Origin: Chrysemys picta bellii | Taxonomy: Eukaryota | Assembly: GCF_011386835.1 (NCBI RefSeq) | Contig: NC_088797.1 | Coordinates: forward strand, 15,810,001 to 15,874,000 | Length of the DNA stretch: 64,000 nt | Direction of reading: 5' to 3' | In this document: one piece after another, positions 12,103-24,961 of the stretch | Numbering within the stretch: the stretch's first letter is position 1 | How the letters are laid out: each line of letters begins with the position of its first letter | Position numbers and translations under genes: made by a program | Notes under the pieces: generated by a model | Database searches by the model: none | What the model was told of the DNA's origin: nothing | The model's input: the letters and a program-made list of their open reading frames with translations, nothing else

Positions 12103-12659
12103 TTCTTTATCTATATAGCCATTTTGAATAATATGTGCAAAAAAGCACTGCTTTAGGCACCTGTCCCAAAAGTTACATGAAAACAATCAAGCAAAAGTCC
12201 ATTCCCTAGTGAGGTGAGGACACATTTAAAGACACAGTCCCTTCTCCAATAGGTGCCCCACATAAATTCAAATAAGACCCAACATGTGAGCATTTTAGAC
12301 AAAACAGGGAGGGGAGGGCAGGCCTGAGACGACGAAATGACAGTAAGCTGACCTCATGGCTACTCAGTGAAGCAGGTGCCCATCTTGGCCCAGATTCCCC
12401 ACTCCTTCAGAAATAACCTCTGGAGACTGCCCCTAAAATTGGTCAGTCTCCAAGCAACCACCAAGATCTGCCTGCATTCAGTGGGAAGCCAGAGCAATCT
12501 ATTCAGAGGCCCTGTGACCGCATTCACTCTCAGATCCTGGTGGCTTTGGTCCCCAATCCCTGGCAGTGCAACTGTCTCTGGACCTCCCCCTCCCACTCCT
12601 CCACCCAGTTCCTGTATTGCCTGTCTATTAATCTTTGCTGGGCATGAGTATTTCTCCAA

Positions 12660-12770
12660 AGCCCTACCTCCGCCCGCCCGCTCACTCCTTCCCTGCACCA
12701 GCCCACCCTATATGCATCACCTCTAGGCCTGCATAGCATTTAACTCCCAGAATGCATTGTATGGGATCTG
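12660..12770. promoter_or_regulatory. Possible promoter or enhancer segment
   Basis: Tandem GC box ccgcccgccc (12670-12679) and a ZNF143/Staf-like motif actcccagaatgcattg (12743-12759) in locally GC-rich sequence with no repeat I recognise. Confidence 0.3.
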
Positions 12771-13822
12771 GGGAAGACTGGAGTGACACTGCTGTAGCGG
12801 TTGCTGATCCTCATTTCCACATATGGAGGGTCATGTCCATAGACAGCTCGCGGGGGGGAAGGGAGGCTCTGATTTCTGGCGTGCTGATAAGCAGAATATA
12901 AATATATGGGCAGACAAAGGAAATGAGATTCAATACCAGTTGATGCATCACCAAAATAAGTGAATTTATATTCTGATCACTATGCACAAAGAACCCAAAA
13001 CTTGATTTCCAGTTAAGTTGATCGTGATACCAGTGAGAAAAACCTTTTGCTTGTAATATGAACAAACTCCAAGACTCAGTTAAGGTGGACGAACTCCAGG
13101 ATGCTATTTTTACCCTTTTTTCAGAGTATTACTGCACTTTAGCTCTCAAAAGGCAAACTTTAAATGAACGATGAATAGATTAAGGGATTTTCCACCACCT
13201 ATTGAACTATTCTAAACAGCAGATGTTGGACATTGTTCTAGACTAGAATGCTTAAGGCTCTATCTATTTATTTGGGTTTTCTGAGAGATGTAGTAAATCA
13301 AATTTCTAATGAATTTACTGAAAAAGAAATGCTCCAATAAACCCCAAGCTTGACTGTCCCAAGAGAAGGACAACTTAATTGTAGAGAGAAAATTATTTCT
13401 CAGATGTCAACTCAATACTAGATATTAATAGTACTTGCCCAAGAGAAAATACTAGCAGAGAACATAGACTCTCAGACCATACAGCAAGTTCTTCCTCTTT
13501 TTCACACTATGGGAATTTTGGCATGTTATTTGGGGTGGGGATGGGGAGAGGGAAGGTAGAATGATCCAGGCAATATCAATGCTTTATTTATGACCACATC
13601 AAATTAACTTTTTTTGTGCATGAATTGACTTTTGATTATAGTAGAGAAACCTAGACCTGATTTTTTTAGTTATGGACAAAAACGGTTGTGTAAATGGTTG
13701 AGAATTTACTGTATTTGAACATGCAAGTGGCATAACTGCACATGCAAATGAATGGTTATTTTCATACTATCCAAGTTGTGTATGGAAGTATTGTAATTGT
13801 CTGTGTCAGTTAGGCATGCAAT

Positions 13823-13824
<2 letters not shown>

Positions 13825-13849
<25 letters not shown>
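13825..13849. repeat. (TG)n microsatellite
   Basis: Seen directly in the sequence. Confidence 0.95.
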
Positions 13850-13853
<4 letters not shown>

Positions 13854-14967
13854 ATTTTATATCTTTTTTTAAAAAAAAATCAGGGCATATGAATCTATTT
13901 ATTGTGTGAGAAAGAGCATGTCATTCTATTTCCTAAAAACAAGATATCTTTGTGGCTGCTGTTCATACCTCCCATATTGTATCTACGCTATTAGCAATAA
14001 AAATCAGAGGCTTCTCATAACAACTACAGCAGTGAAAATGATACATCTGAACTACAGTGTATTTTACTTCATAGGGGAAAATAAACACTTACTAAATCAT
14101 GATACAACCCTAATTTGAGCTCTAATAGTTTCAAAATGATCTACAATATGAACAACATTTTACCAGGTACTAATACTTTGCAAAGGGATCTCGTCAAGCA
14201 TTTTTTTAAATATGTTTTTTTGTCTGTTACTAACAATAACATTGTATGGCTAATAATATCTTTTCACCATGTATTTGTTCAAATTTCTTGGCAAAGTCAT
14301 CACGTTAGAGCATCAAGAGATGTGGTCCAGGGTCAAATATAATGCCCATTCATGCATGTTAGCATGTAATCCACAGTATTTTGAAACCAAAAGAGCTATA
14401 ATATTTTGTGTTACAGACTACTTAAAAATTCAATATGGTTCTGTTGTATGTGTTTAGGTTCACTCAATTACTAATAGTGGTGTAATAGCTCTTTTATTTT
14501 ATTTTTTTACAATGTCACCAGTGGAAGCCATTAGCACAGTGTTTCAATATTGTAAGTGTTTCAGAGGGATTTATGGAGCTGGACTAAAGGAAAAATGACA
14601 CTTGTGCATTTAATTTATTACTTGTATTGACTTTTAGTACTTCAGAACAGGAGTACTTAAAGACCCATACCACCTAATAAGAGAGGACTTTTAGAATTGA
14701 TATAGCAAATAAAATGCTAAATTGGAATGTCATTGTTATTAAAATGCACCAACACTTTAAAATGCAATAAATATATTTAGCCTCTCAGCTGTGCACTTAC
14801 AACTCCACCTAATATTTGAAGGGGCCAAGCAGGTTACTCATTTACATGACAAATAGAAGATCTCCTACCAAGAACAGAAATGTGCAGTTTTATAGGACCG
14901 AATTGCCATGGAAACTGAAAGTAAATCAAAAACTAAATGGGGCTGTGAATATCTGGTCTGCAGCATT

Positions 14968-15090
14968 TAGGGTGACCAGATGTCCTGATTTTATAGGGAC
15001 AGTCCCGATTTTGGGGTCTTTTTCTTATATAGGCTCCTATTACCCCCACCCCCTGTCCCGATTTTTCACATTTGTTGTCTGGTCACCCTA
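14968..15090. mobile_element. hAT (Tip100/Zaphod-like) MITE
   Basis: TIRs TAGGGTGACCAGA / TCTGGTCACCCTA; perfect 8-bp TSD gcagcatt (14960-14967, 15091-15098). Confidence 0.9.
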
Positions 15091-15909
15091 GCAGCATTAA
15101 GCTCGTGGTGCTTCAAAGTAGAAATCCAGAGGAAGTTATGCAACTGCTTATCCACTGACGGAGATGCAGTAGGAGCGGTTTACACTTCAATTGGGTGTGA
15201 GGTCCTCAAAAGCATATTTCTCTACCTGTCCGGCTGCTTTAGTGTACCTAAGGCTGTCTGCTTAGCTTATGTGTTTGTGTATCCCAGTTAGTCAGTTTAC
15301 ATGTGCAGTTGTAGGTTTATTCATGGATCCAAGCCGTGTGACGGTGTGACTCTTGTGCTAGCCTTTGAGAATGTGGTCCTAGACACTTTACTGGTGGGGT
15401 TATGCTGTTTGTGTTGTTGGGACAAAGTGTTGATAATGGGACATCAAATATTCGGAGAGAATCTCTCAAATTAACTTTTTGTTGTCAGATACATTTTTCC
15501 AAGTCCCTTCTTCCCTAAAATTCAAGTTTCATTAAAATTCTAGACCAAGATTTTCAAAAATAGGAATGAAAAGTTAGGCTGCTAAATAAATGACTCAATT
15601 TTCAAAATGCTGATTGCCCAGAAGCCTCTTTGGATGCCATTTCTTACATTCAAAAAAATAAAATAGCATCGATAAAGTCGCTGATTCTCCAAAGATATAT
15701 GAGTGTGGCTTACTTTATGCATTGTGCACCAGATTAAGCACATGCATAAGTCTTTGAAGAATTGGGACCCAGTTAGGGAACTAAAAAAGGAATCCCTAAA
15801 TCCTATTTTTGTCAGTCCCCAAATCCTTATTACTGATGAAAATGCCAACCTCAATCTCTTGGTGAAGACCTAGGATCTAATTTTCAACACTGTCCACTCA
15901 TTTTGGGTG

Positions 15910-16200
15910 CATAGGCACTGACTCTGTGGTTGCTCTGGGTCTGAAGCACCAGTGGAAAAAAAATTATGGGTGCTAAGCACCCACTGGCAGCCCTGCCCAT
16001 CAGCTCCTTCCCCTCTCCGCAGTGCTGCCTGCTTGCTGGTAATCAGCTGTTCAGCGGTGTGCAGGAGGCACTGTGCAGGACGGGGAGCCAGGGAAGGAAC
16101 AGGTGGTGGCACAGGGTGGGAGGGAGCAGGGGCGGGAAGAGGTGGAGCGAGGGTGGGGCCTTAGGGGAAGGGTTGGAATGGGGGTGGTGCCTGGGATGAA
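15910..16200. mobile_element. Truncated GC-rich DNA transposon-like fragment
   Basis: cataggcactgactctgtggttgctc...gcacc start followed by a G-rich body; no matching right end found. Confidence 0.4.
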
Positions 16201-16685
16201 ACAGGGGTCTCATGCAATCTGTTAAAAATTGATATGAAACTTTTCTGACTGAGAACATTCAGTATATTTAAATAAATTCAGTATTTAAAATAGAAGGGTG
16301 TAACCCTGTACTCACGTCAGTGGCAGAGCATCAGTTGACTTCAGTGGATGTAGGATTGGGCCTCCAAAAGTTATATTCTTTCTCTCTTTTTTTTTTTTAA
16401 ATCCAGATTTATGAATCAGATCCTGGATATGGGTCATGCCCTAAATAGTAGAGAATGGTATTCTCTTGAGGCTTCTGTTCTAATTTTTTTTTAAATACTG
16501 TGTTTATTGAGTTAAGAATAGTGGGGGGGAAAAAAGAAAAAGAAAACTTCAGCTTTATTCCCCTGTAAGATTCACAGCATACAAATAATGTGCTTCATTA
16601 CAGGCTCCTCTTTTTGCCTCCCCTCTTATTAAGCAAAAGCAATGTGATAGCTGTACTGCACACTCATTAAATTCAAATCAAATTA

Positions 16686-16872
16686 ATGGAGATATCGTAT
16701 CTCCTAGAACTGGAAGGGACCTTGAAAGGTCATTGAGTCCAGCCCCCTGCCTTCACTAGCAGGACCAAGTACTGATTTTGCCCCAGATCCCTAAGTGGCC
16801 CCCTCAAGGACTGAATTCAAAACCCTGGGTTTAGCAGGCCAATGCTCAAACCACTGAGCTATCTTTCCCCCC
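16686..16872 (-). mobile_element. tRNA-derived SINE with CR1-like 3' tail (tortoise polIII/SINE type)
   Basis: The minus strand starts gggggaaagaTAGCTCAGTGG (A box), has a diverged B box ggttttgaattcagtcc, and ends with the CR1 3' motif gacctttcaaggtcccttccagttctag. Confidence 0.85.
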
Positions 16873-17515
16873 AATGAAGGGGTGGATTCTCCTATGGTCC
16901 CTTTGCTGTTCATCACTTTTACCTTGTGCTTTCAAGCCTGAATGTACTGTATGATGGGATTGACAGTAAAAACTGCAATCCAATTTTGTAGGATGGGTCT
17001 AGTGAACAACAGGCAAAATTCTGTGAACCTTCCTTTATAGTATTTTCCTATTTTATAATATCTATTGTACATATACTATGTAATTCTCTCCCTTTCTCTC
17101 AGGGTTAATTATTGGTTTCTTGCCAAAGTATCTGACCTTCTTTCCTTTGGTTACAAGTGGTTCCCTTTATATTCTGTGCAGAAATGTCACCAAGATTTAA
17201 TCCATTCTCCAAATGCTATCCTGTCAATTCTAGCTGTAAATCCAGCAGCAAGGTCACTTTCCACCTTGGGGGCTGAATCCTGCTTTCAGATCAATGCATT
17301 TTGGGGGGCAGGATCAAGCTCTCTCTTTCTAACGTCTGAAGGGCAAATAAGTGGTGCTTCTCCCTATGTACAATACTGTGGTCGAGAAACATCAATTTTC
17401 TTATGTCTTGAAAAGGAGCCCGAGGCTACAGAAGTCAGGCCCTTCAAAAAAGCTTGTTAGGTTAAGAGAATTTAAAGTATTCTCTGGCCTAAAGGAAAAC
17501 TAATTTAAAATCTGC

Positions 17516-17604
17516 AGGTCAGATCCTCAGCTGGTGTAAACAAATGTGGCTCCACTGAAGTTTGTAGGACTCAACAGATTTATACCAGTTGAACATCTGG
17601 TCCT
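17516..17604. mobile_element. Short palindromic Harbinger-type (Chompy-like) MITE
   Basis: aggtcagatcctcagctggtgtaaa ... tttataccagttgaacatctggtcct imperfect inverted ends. Confidence 0.55.
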
Positions 17605-18039
17605 TTATTTAAAATATTTAAGGTTGGGGAGTCCCAATAAGGTTAAATACATTTCCAACAACATCCTGGGCAGACAAGAGAAACAGAAAAGTAAACTCTT
17701 GTTTATGCATTCATGACAGGACAAATAACTTGTGAGCTATTTTTTTTTTATGGTGTTAGGTAACATGTGGTTTGCTGAGCATTATGAGTTCCCCTCTGTG
17801 CTTGATCCACAGGGGATCTGAGTCTGCTATAGCTCTCAACCACAGGCTGATTCCTTTAGTTTATGTGGTAGAGACTTCTGTTCTTAGCTCAGGATGTCTC
17901 AAGTCTGAGTGCACGTGACAGCAAGGATGATGGTCGTTATAGTTGCACTTTTGGGAGTGGAGGAAGAGAAAGTTTCTATCCGATAATATACCCCTCAAAT
18001 CTTAGTGAATTTCCCTGGGTCTGACGAGGGGGTCTTTAC

Positions 18040-18330
18040 ACAGATTTATCCAGAGCCCTCAATGTACTTTGAAACCAGACCTGAGGCAATCCATTAGACC
18101 AATATAAGATGTCTAATATAGACATCCAATTATTAAAATGATAAAGGGACTTCAATAAACTATCTTTGCTATGTTGCTTGTGATGCACTACACTGCCAGC
18201 CTGGAAAGTTTGGGAAAAGCCTGAACTTGTATATGGTGAATTCAAATGGTGATAAGACCAGTCACTGAGGGACCTCTTGACCCCTGGGCTAGCCAGCAAT
18301 AAATAGGGCCTGATTCTCCATTGCCATACA
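18040..18330 (-). mobile_element. Ancient L2/CR1-group reverse transcriptase fossil
   Basis: The minus strand reads EVPQ*LVLSPFEFTIY, a decayed GVPQGSVLSPxLFxIY motif, followed in another frame by a YADD-like remnant (QHSKDS). Confidence 0.5.
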
Positions 18331-19479
18331 TCTTGCATAGTCGTTGCCACCAGTATAAAGTAGATACTAAATGCTACCAAGTCAGAAAGAGAGAATTCTA
18401 TGCCCACTCTTCAGGGGTGTAAATGACTAACCAGATGCAGGGCAATTGAGAATAAGGCTTTTATTTTTGTTATAATTGTCTTAAGTGACTTCCTTTAACT
18501 ATATTTTTGTATTAAGTGCATTAAAATTAGAGTTTAACTAGCATTTTAAAATGTTTTTATTTCAGCTTATAGTCCTCGCCACTCCTGATTGGAGTATTCT
18601 TTGGGCATTATATCCAGTAGTCCATTACAGCACTAGGGCTTGCACTGAAACCAGAAGACCTCTTCAGCAGAAAAGTATAGGTAGAGGGAGTAGGGGGAAA
18701 AGGCCTGTGTTGTTCCCTCTGGAATTTTCATCTTGACTGAACTCCTTTCTCTATTTTACATTATATTAAAACCGTTTATTTTATCATATGAGGGCTCTTA
18801 TTTGGAACATTACCTAAAACCGTAATAAGTAAGGCTCAATTTGTATCATATTATTTTGCTGAAAATAAGACTGTAAGCTTGACGTTTTTGAAGCTGTGCT
18901 TCTATTAGCAACCTAACCATTAATTCAGAAACCATGTTGCTTTCAAGCATATTAATCCTATTGTTTACATATACATGATGGTGCATAAGAGTTTAAACAA
19001 ACTTGGCAGTTTTGAATTACAGTATTAGCCAGGCAAATGATGTACATTTATCACCTCAACCTCACTTGATTCTAACAGCAGGAAACATGGAGTACTCTTG
19101 AGGTCTCTTCATATACTGCCCGAAATGTAGGCAATTTATTTAATGAGTTTTAAGTATCATGTGTCATTTGGCTGTTTAGTGCTCCCCTACAATGAATTTC
19201 CTTATTAATATTTTGCTGGTTTCTTGGCAGATACAGTGACTAAATAAAAAATACAAGAGGCTTCCAAAATTAAGTCTATATTATACTATCAAATGGAAAA
19301 GCCTGTCAAATGTTATGGAAATATTTTTCTCTCCAATGCTTCCCAGACTGATTTCGTTCCTCACATACCTGAAGCCACATAAAATTATTATAGTTATTAC
19401 AATAGGACAAGCACAAACAACAACAAAAAACAACCCAAGAATTTTGGAAGGGCTATAAACCATCATACTAGAAGGTTAA

Positions 19480-19900
19480 AACTATTGGAATAGAAGGAAC
19501 ATATGAACTGCCACACTAGATGTGACACAACGTCCTTTGTGCCCACTATCCTGTCTTCAGCAGTGATCAGCACCAGATGCTCCAGAGGAAGGTGTACGGG
19601 GATTTGGGATAATCTCTCTCTCCACATTATGCTTCACCCTAGTCTCTAGTAGTTAAAGATTGGTGTAAACCCTAAAGCATGAGGTATAAGATCCTTTCAA
19701 AAAATGTTCTTAGCATTGATTATGATAACTCTGGATATTCTTGATATCCATATAAATGTCCAATTCCTATTTTTGAATCTTGCTAAGTTTTGGTCTCAAC
19801 AACTTCCTGTGACAACAAGTTCCACAGACTAATTTCAAATTGTAGGGGGAAAAGTATTTCATTTTATCAGTTTTGAATTGCCCACCTTGTAAGTAACTTT
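19480..19900 (-). mobile_element. Older CR1 subfamily 3' portion
   Basis: gaacatatgaactgccacactag...cactatcctgtcttcagcagtg...caagttccacag resembles the older CR1 3' end. Boundaries approximate. Confidence 0.65.
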
Positions 19901-19944
19901 CCCTGAGGACAGGTTATCCCATTATTTCATTCTGCAGGATTTCT

Positions 19945-20048
19945 TGCAACTTTCTCTGAAGCATCTGGTACTGGCCACTCTCAGTGGCAGGATACTGGAC
20001 TACATGGACTGGACTTCAGGTCTGATGCATTTGGGCAATTCCTGTGTT
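19945..20048 (+). mobile_element. Older CR1 3' end, opposite orientation to 19480-19900
   Basis: aagcatctggtactggccactctcagtggcaggatactggactacatggac...ggtctgatgc...ggcaattcctgtgtt. Confidence 0.6.
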
Positions 20049-20159
20049 TCCAAAACAATACAATAATAAAACAAAGATGCAGTGAATTACAGAGATTCAT
20101 CACCACTGCCTCTCCCTTGGGTTTTCTGCTGTCTATTCTGATGAAGGCTGAATAAGCGT

Positions 20160-20280
20160 AAACCCCTGGGGGCAGGGACTGTCTTTTTGTTCTGTGTGCA
20201 TACAGCGCATAACATAATGAGGTTCTGGTCCATGGCTAAGGGTCCTAGGCACTTCAATAATACAAATCATTAATAATAAT
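20160..20280 (+). mobile_element. L2/CORE-SINE 3' tail remnant
   Basis: gggggcagggactgtc...tacagcgc...ctaggcac...aatacaaatcattaataataat. Confidence 0.55.
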
Positions 20281-20655
20281 GGGCATAGCCCAACCATCCT
20301 AGTCCAGATTGGCCACTCCAATTTTGGGGGCTGCACTTACCAGTTCTGGGTTTTCCGTACAGAGTGAGCATTGAGCCATATGGAGGTGGTAACTTGGGTC
20401 TTATTGACATAAGCTGGTGCAATGCAGATAGATTTGAGCTCTGAGAGCTCAATTTTGCTCTCGTTTACTCTGAGTTGCATCTGGAATAATTCTAGTATCT
20501 TCTAGTGTAACTGAGACCAGAATCTGGCTCTTAATTTTCTTTGTTAAAAGTCTATTATGAAATGTGGACTGCATCCTCAGCTCACATAAATCATTGCAAT
20601 TGCTTTGACTTCAGTTGAGCTATACTGGCAGTTTACACCAGCTGAGGACCTGGCC

Positions 20656-20707
<52 letters not shown>
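20656..20707. repeat. Compound (TG)n(TA)12(CA)n microsatellite
   Basis: Seen directly; continuous purine/pyrimidine alternation. Confidence 0.95.
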
Positions 20708-21690
20708 CGTACTCTGAAGAGTCCCTCCTCAAGCTTTAGGTTTCACATTGTGTCTTTATTCTGTTTGGCCTTAGAGGATTTCATATTTGTGCGAGTGCCG
20801 CAGCAGCCATCTGTGAGTCATGCATGCATCACAATTTTTGAGCTGAAGGGAAGTCAAGAAAGTTACAAATTCCTCGATGTGTTAATGCCAAGGTATTGAT
20901 TGTTTCTCTGTCAGACACTAGAAATGTATAAAAATGGATTTGAGGGTGAGCCGATAAAAAGGGGCTTTTCAAGTCATTGCTTTGACATTTTACTTAGGAC
21001 ACATAATTTATCGGTGTGTGTGTGTGTCATTTGAAAATGTGTCCACAAAAGTATTACACATAACAAGACGACTATTTGAAAGGTCCTACTCTATTTAATG
21101 TTGGTGTACATTAATATAATACAGAATTTCTTTGAACAAACACTAATTTTAGACTGGAACTCGATCTTTGGAAAATATTGTGTCTTATATAATTGACTAG
21201 TTGGCATTGTGATCAAACCCACTGAAACATAGAAAATTACCTTATTTATCAAATAAATTTACAATATAAAATGCAAGGAGAGGCAACATCCCTTCCTTTT
21301 GTCATCCTGATTCCGTGAAATTTCAGTTTGTTTGGTTCCGAATAATGATGGCAGAGTTCATAAAGCTAAGAATGTGTAACTTTTTGGTTCACATTAATTC
21401 CCAAAGGTTTGGATACTTATCAAGGCTATCTGAATGTTGAGTCTATCACACATCTGCCATGGTTGGTTGGATGCAGTAACAGCTGTTTTATAGACCCATT
21501 ATACTTCCAGTGATGTATGTCTTTGTGTCAGGAATGTAGATTTGTATCTTCCCTGCACATCTGGTAGGGCAAGTGAGCGGGTAACTTCTCTCTCACGTCC
21601 AAAGTTAACAGATAACATAGGGGTAACTTGGCATTGCATACTTGCATACATGCAGTATGTAAGCAGAATTTTTTTTCTATGTTTTTACAG

Positions 21691-21758
21691 TATCTTTGAA
21701 AGCATGTTGATCAGACTTCTAAAGATGACTCATATGCCACTCCATGTCAGCAGCACAG
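21691..21758 (+). other. Candidate 68-nt spliced exon (no recognised product)
   Basis: Acceptor ttttttttctatgtttttacag| and donor CAG|gtcagt. Only one frame is open (IFESMLIRLLKMTHMPLHVSST), and I do not recognise it. Confidence 0.25.
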
Positions 21759-21917
21759 GTCAGTAAATAGTACGTAGAATATATTGTCATGCATCAAGTT
21801 GGTGGTTGCTCATGCAATATAATTGTTACATTGTATTGTATTATGTTCCAAACAACATCCAGTTATACCTGACTCTCTTTGTACAGTATCGTAATAAAGT
21901 ACTTTTAGAAGCTAATA

Positions 21918-22200
21918 CAGTAGAAACTCAGAGTTATGAACACCTTGGAAATAGGTTGTTCATAACTCTGAACAAAACATTAGTTGTTCTTTCAAAAGTT
22001 TACAACTGAACATTGACTTAATACTGCTTTGAAACTTTACTATGCAGAAGAAAAATACTGCTTTCTCTTTATTTGTTTAGTAGTTTACGTTTTACACAGT
22101 ACTGTACTGTATTTGCTTTTTATTCTGCTTGATTGCGTATTTCCAGTTCCAAATGAAGTGTGTGGTTGACTGGTTAGTTCGTAACTCTGAAGTTCTACTG
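21918..22200. mobile_element. Tc1/mariner (Tigger-like) MITE
   Basis: 24-bp TIRs CAGTAGAAACTCAGAGTTATGAAC / GTTCGTAACTCTGAAGTTCTACTG; TA TSD on both sides. Confidence 0.9.
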
Positions 22201-23496
22201 TACTGCTAATGCTAACCGCACATGGGAGAGTTCCACAAGCATGACCACCTTACTACAGTATAGTTACGGCAACTGTATTGACCCATTCAGTCACATGTAA
22301 TGTTGTGTATGTACAGCGAGAAAGTGCTGATCCCACCGTATGAAAATAAGCTTTCCTTTTGTGGCTTGATCCCACCATTTTACTCATGCAAAACTCCCAC
22401 TGATAACTACTTTTATACTAATATGACTGGCAGCTACTCTATTTTAATATTTTCCTTTTCTGGATTTCTTGGTAATTTTTCTGTCCTTCATATATGTTTA
22501 AATGTTTGGCTCACAAGGATGGAGCAGTGATAAGGCAGCAATTTGCTGAGCTCCACAATTTGACCTTCTGTACAATTCTGATGATCTGGAAACCAAGGTT
22601 CTTCAGAATCTAAATTGCCCTGTATGTTTGTATTGTTCTTGGGGGAAAATAAAAATCAAGTTAGGGATGTGCCTTCCTCCAATACATAGGGTTTTGTTCA
22701 TGAGCTTATGCAAACCTTACTCAAGCTGCCTAGTTGCTGTAAATTGGGACAGAATTCTTACACTGATAGAAATGTCCAATATTACTTGGTTCAAATCAAG
22801 CCAGAAATATTGTACCATGTCAACAACTTTTTTTCCTCCATGTTTTGGCTCTTCTAGTCCCAGCTGGAGATCAGAAGTACATGAAAGGCTGAAATAGTTA
22901 GAATTGTTTTCAGTATTATCTGCATTCAGGTTTGATTTTAATTTGAGGCTAGAAGTTCAGGTCAGACCTTATTTTAGCCAAACCATTTCTCCCATTCCTA
23001 AAACCATAATCCAGCAAGGCACTTAAGCATGTGCATAACTTGAAGCTGATCTAGTGACTTAAATTATTTATGCTTTAATGATTGGCTGGACCAGAGCCAA
23101 ATAGATTTGTGAGGCTTACTGCACCGTTATGTATTGGTTCTAATAAAAGGGTGACACAGAGAAGAGCTGGTAAAGGGCTTCTAGGCTTTATTTCTGGGAA
23201 CCAATGACGTGACATGAGTTAGGGTTACAAAACCTTAATATCCCTGTCACATTGCAGGAATCGGTACCCTGACTGTATGGGCTATTAAACTGGGTACGTA
23301 GTGGTATCAAACTTGCTGGTCCTGGATCTGTGCATATTCCTGCTGATATCATTAAATTCCTAGTGCACAGCAAAGATTATAAATAAATGAAACCACACTA
23401 GCTTCAAAACTACTCTCCCTAAATAAGGTAAAAGAGTTTTCTCAATAGAAAACTATTAAATGAATGAGGATTTTAGAGATTCTCAGATGACAAATA

Positions 23497-24961
23497 CTGG
23501 AAAATCATGGGAGACGGGAGAGATTCCAGAAGACTGGAAAAGGGCAAATATAGTGCCCATCTATAAAAAGGGAAATAAAAACAACCTAGCAAACTACAGA
23601 CCAGTTAGTTTAACTTCTGTGCCAGGGAAGATAATGGAGCAAGTAATTAAGGAAATCATCTGCAAACACTTGGAAGGTGGTAAGGTGATAGGGAATAGCC
23701 AGCATGGATTTGTAAAGAACAAATAGTGTCAAACCAATCTGATAGCTTTCTTTGATAGCATAACGAGTCTTGTGGATAAGGGAGAAGCTGTGGATGTGGT
23801 ATACCTAGACTTTAGTAAGGCATTTGATACGGTCTCGCATGATATTCCTATCGACAAACTAGGCAAATACAACTTTGATGGGGCTACTATAAGGTGGGTG
23901 CATAACTGGCTGGATAACCATACTCAGAGACTTGTTATTAATGGTTCCCAATCCTGCTGGAAAGGCATAACAAGTGGGGTTCTGCAGGGGTCTGTTTTGG
24001 GACCAGCTCTGTTCAATATCTTCATTAACGACTTAGATATTGGCATAGAAAGTACGCTTATTAAGTTTGCAGATGATACCAAACTAGGAGGGATTGCAAC
24101 TGCTTTGGAGGACAGGGTCATAATTCAAAATGATCTGGACAAATTGGAGAAATGGGCTGAGGTAAACAGGATGAAGTTTAACAAGGACAAATGCAAAGTG
24201 CTCCACTTAGGAAGGAAAAATCAGTTTCACACATACAGAATGGAGTCTAGGAAGGAGTACGGCAGAAAGGGATCTAGGGGTTATAGTGGACAAATTAACA
24301 TAACACAAACTAAATATGAGTCAACAGTGTGATGCTGTTGCAAAAAAAGCAAACATGATTCTGGGATGTATTAACAGGTGTGTTGTGAGCAAGACACGAG
24401 AAGTCATTCTTCCGCTCTACTCTGCGCTGGTTAGGCCTCAACTGGAGTATTGTGTCCAGTTCTGGGCACCGCATTTCAAGAAAGATGTGGAGAAATTGAA
24501 AGGGGTCCAAAGAAGAGCAACAAGAATGATTAAAGGTCTTGAGAACATGACCTATGAAGGAAGGCTGAAAGAATTGGGTTTGTTTAGTTTGGAAAAGAGA
24601 AGAATGAGAGGGGACATGATAGCAGTTTTCAGGTATCTAAAAGAGTGTCATAAGGAGGAGGGAGAAAACTTGTTCACCTTAGCCTCTAAGGATAGAACAA
24701 GAAGCAATGGGCATAAACTGCAGCAAGGGAGGTTTAGGTTGGACATTAGGAAAAAGTTCCTAACTGTCAGGGTGGTTAAACACTGGAATAAATTGCCTAA
24801 GGAGGTTGTGGAATCTCCATCTCTGGAGATATTTAAGAGTAGGTTAGATAAATGTCTATCAGGGATGGTCTAGACAGTATTTGGTCCTGCCATGAGGGCA
24901 GGGGACAGGACTCGATGACCTCTCGAGGTCCCTTCCAGTCCTAGAATCTATGAATCTATGA
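23497..24961 (+). mobile_element. 5'-truncated young CR1 LINE (ORF2 RT domain and 3' UTR), with a stop and a frameshift
   Basis: ORFs 23460..23726, 23772..24332 and 24316..24873 give GEIPEDWKRANIVPIYKKG, YRPVSLTSVPGK, VYLDFSKAFD, QGSVLGPALF, FADD. Ends in (aatctatg)2. Confidence 0.97.

Noticed and set aside
12360-12739. Overlapping 112-119 aa ORFs on both strands
   Set aside because: Explained by locally high GC content; no domain similarity recognised.
16760-16872. Functional tRNA gene
   Set aside because: The B box is diverged, no cloverleaf 3' half is evident, and it continues into a CR1-like tail, so it is a SINE head.
23212-23225. Overlapping CCAAT and TGACGTGA (CRE/UPRE-like) motif
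   Set aside because: A single short motif with no supporting context, expected by chance in 64 kb.
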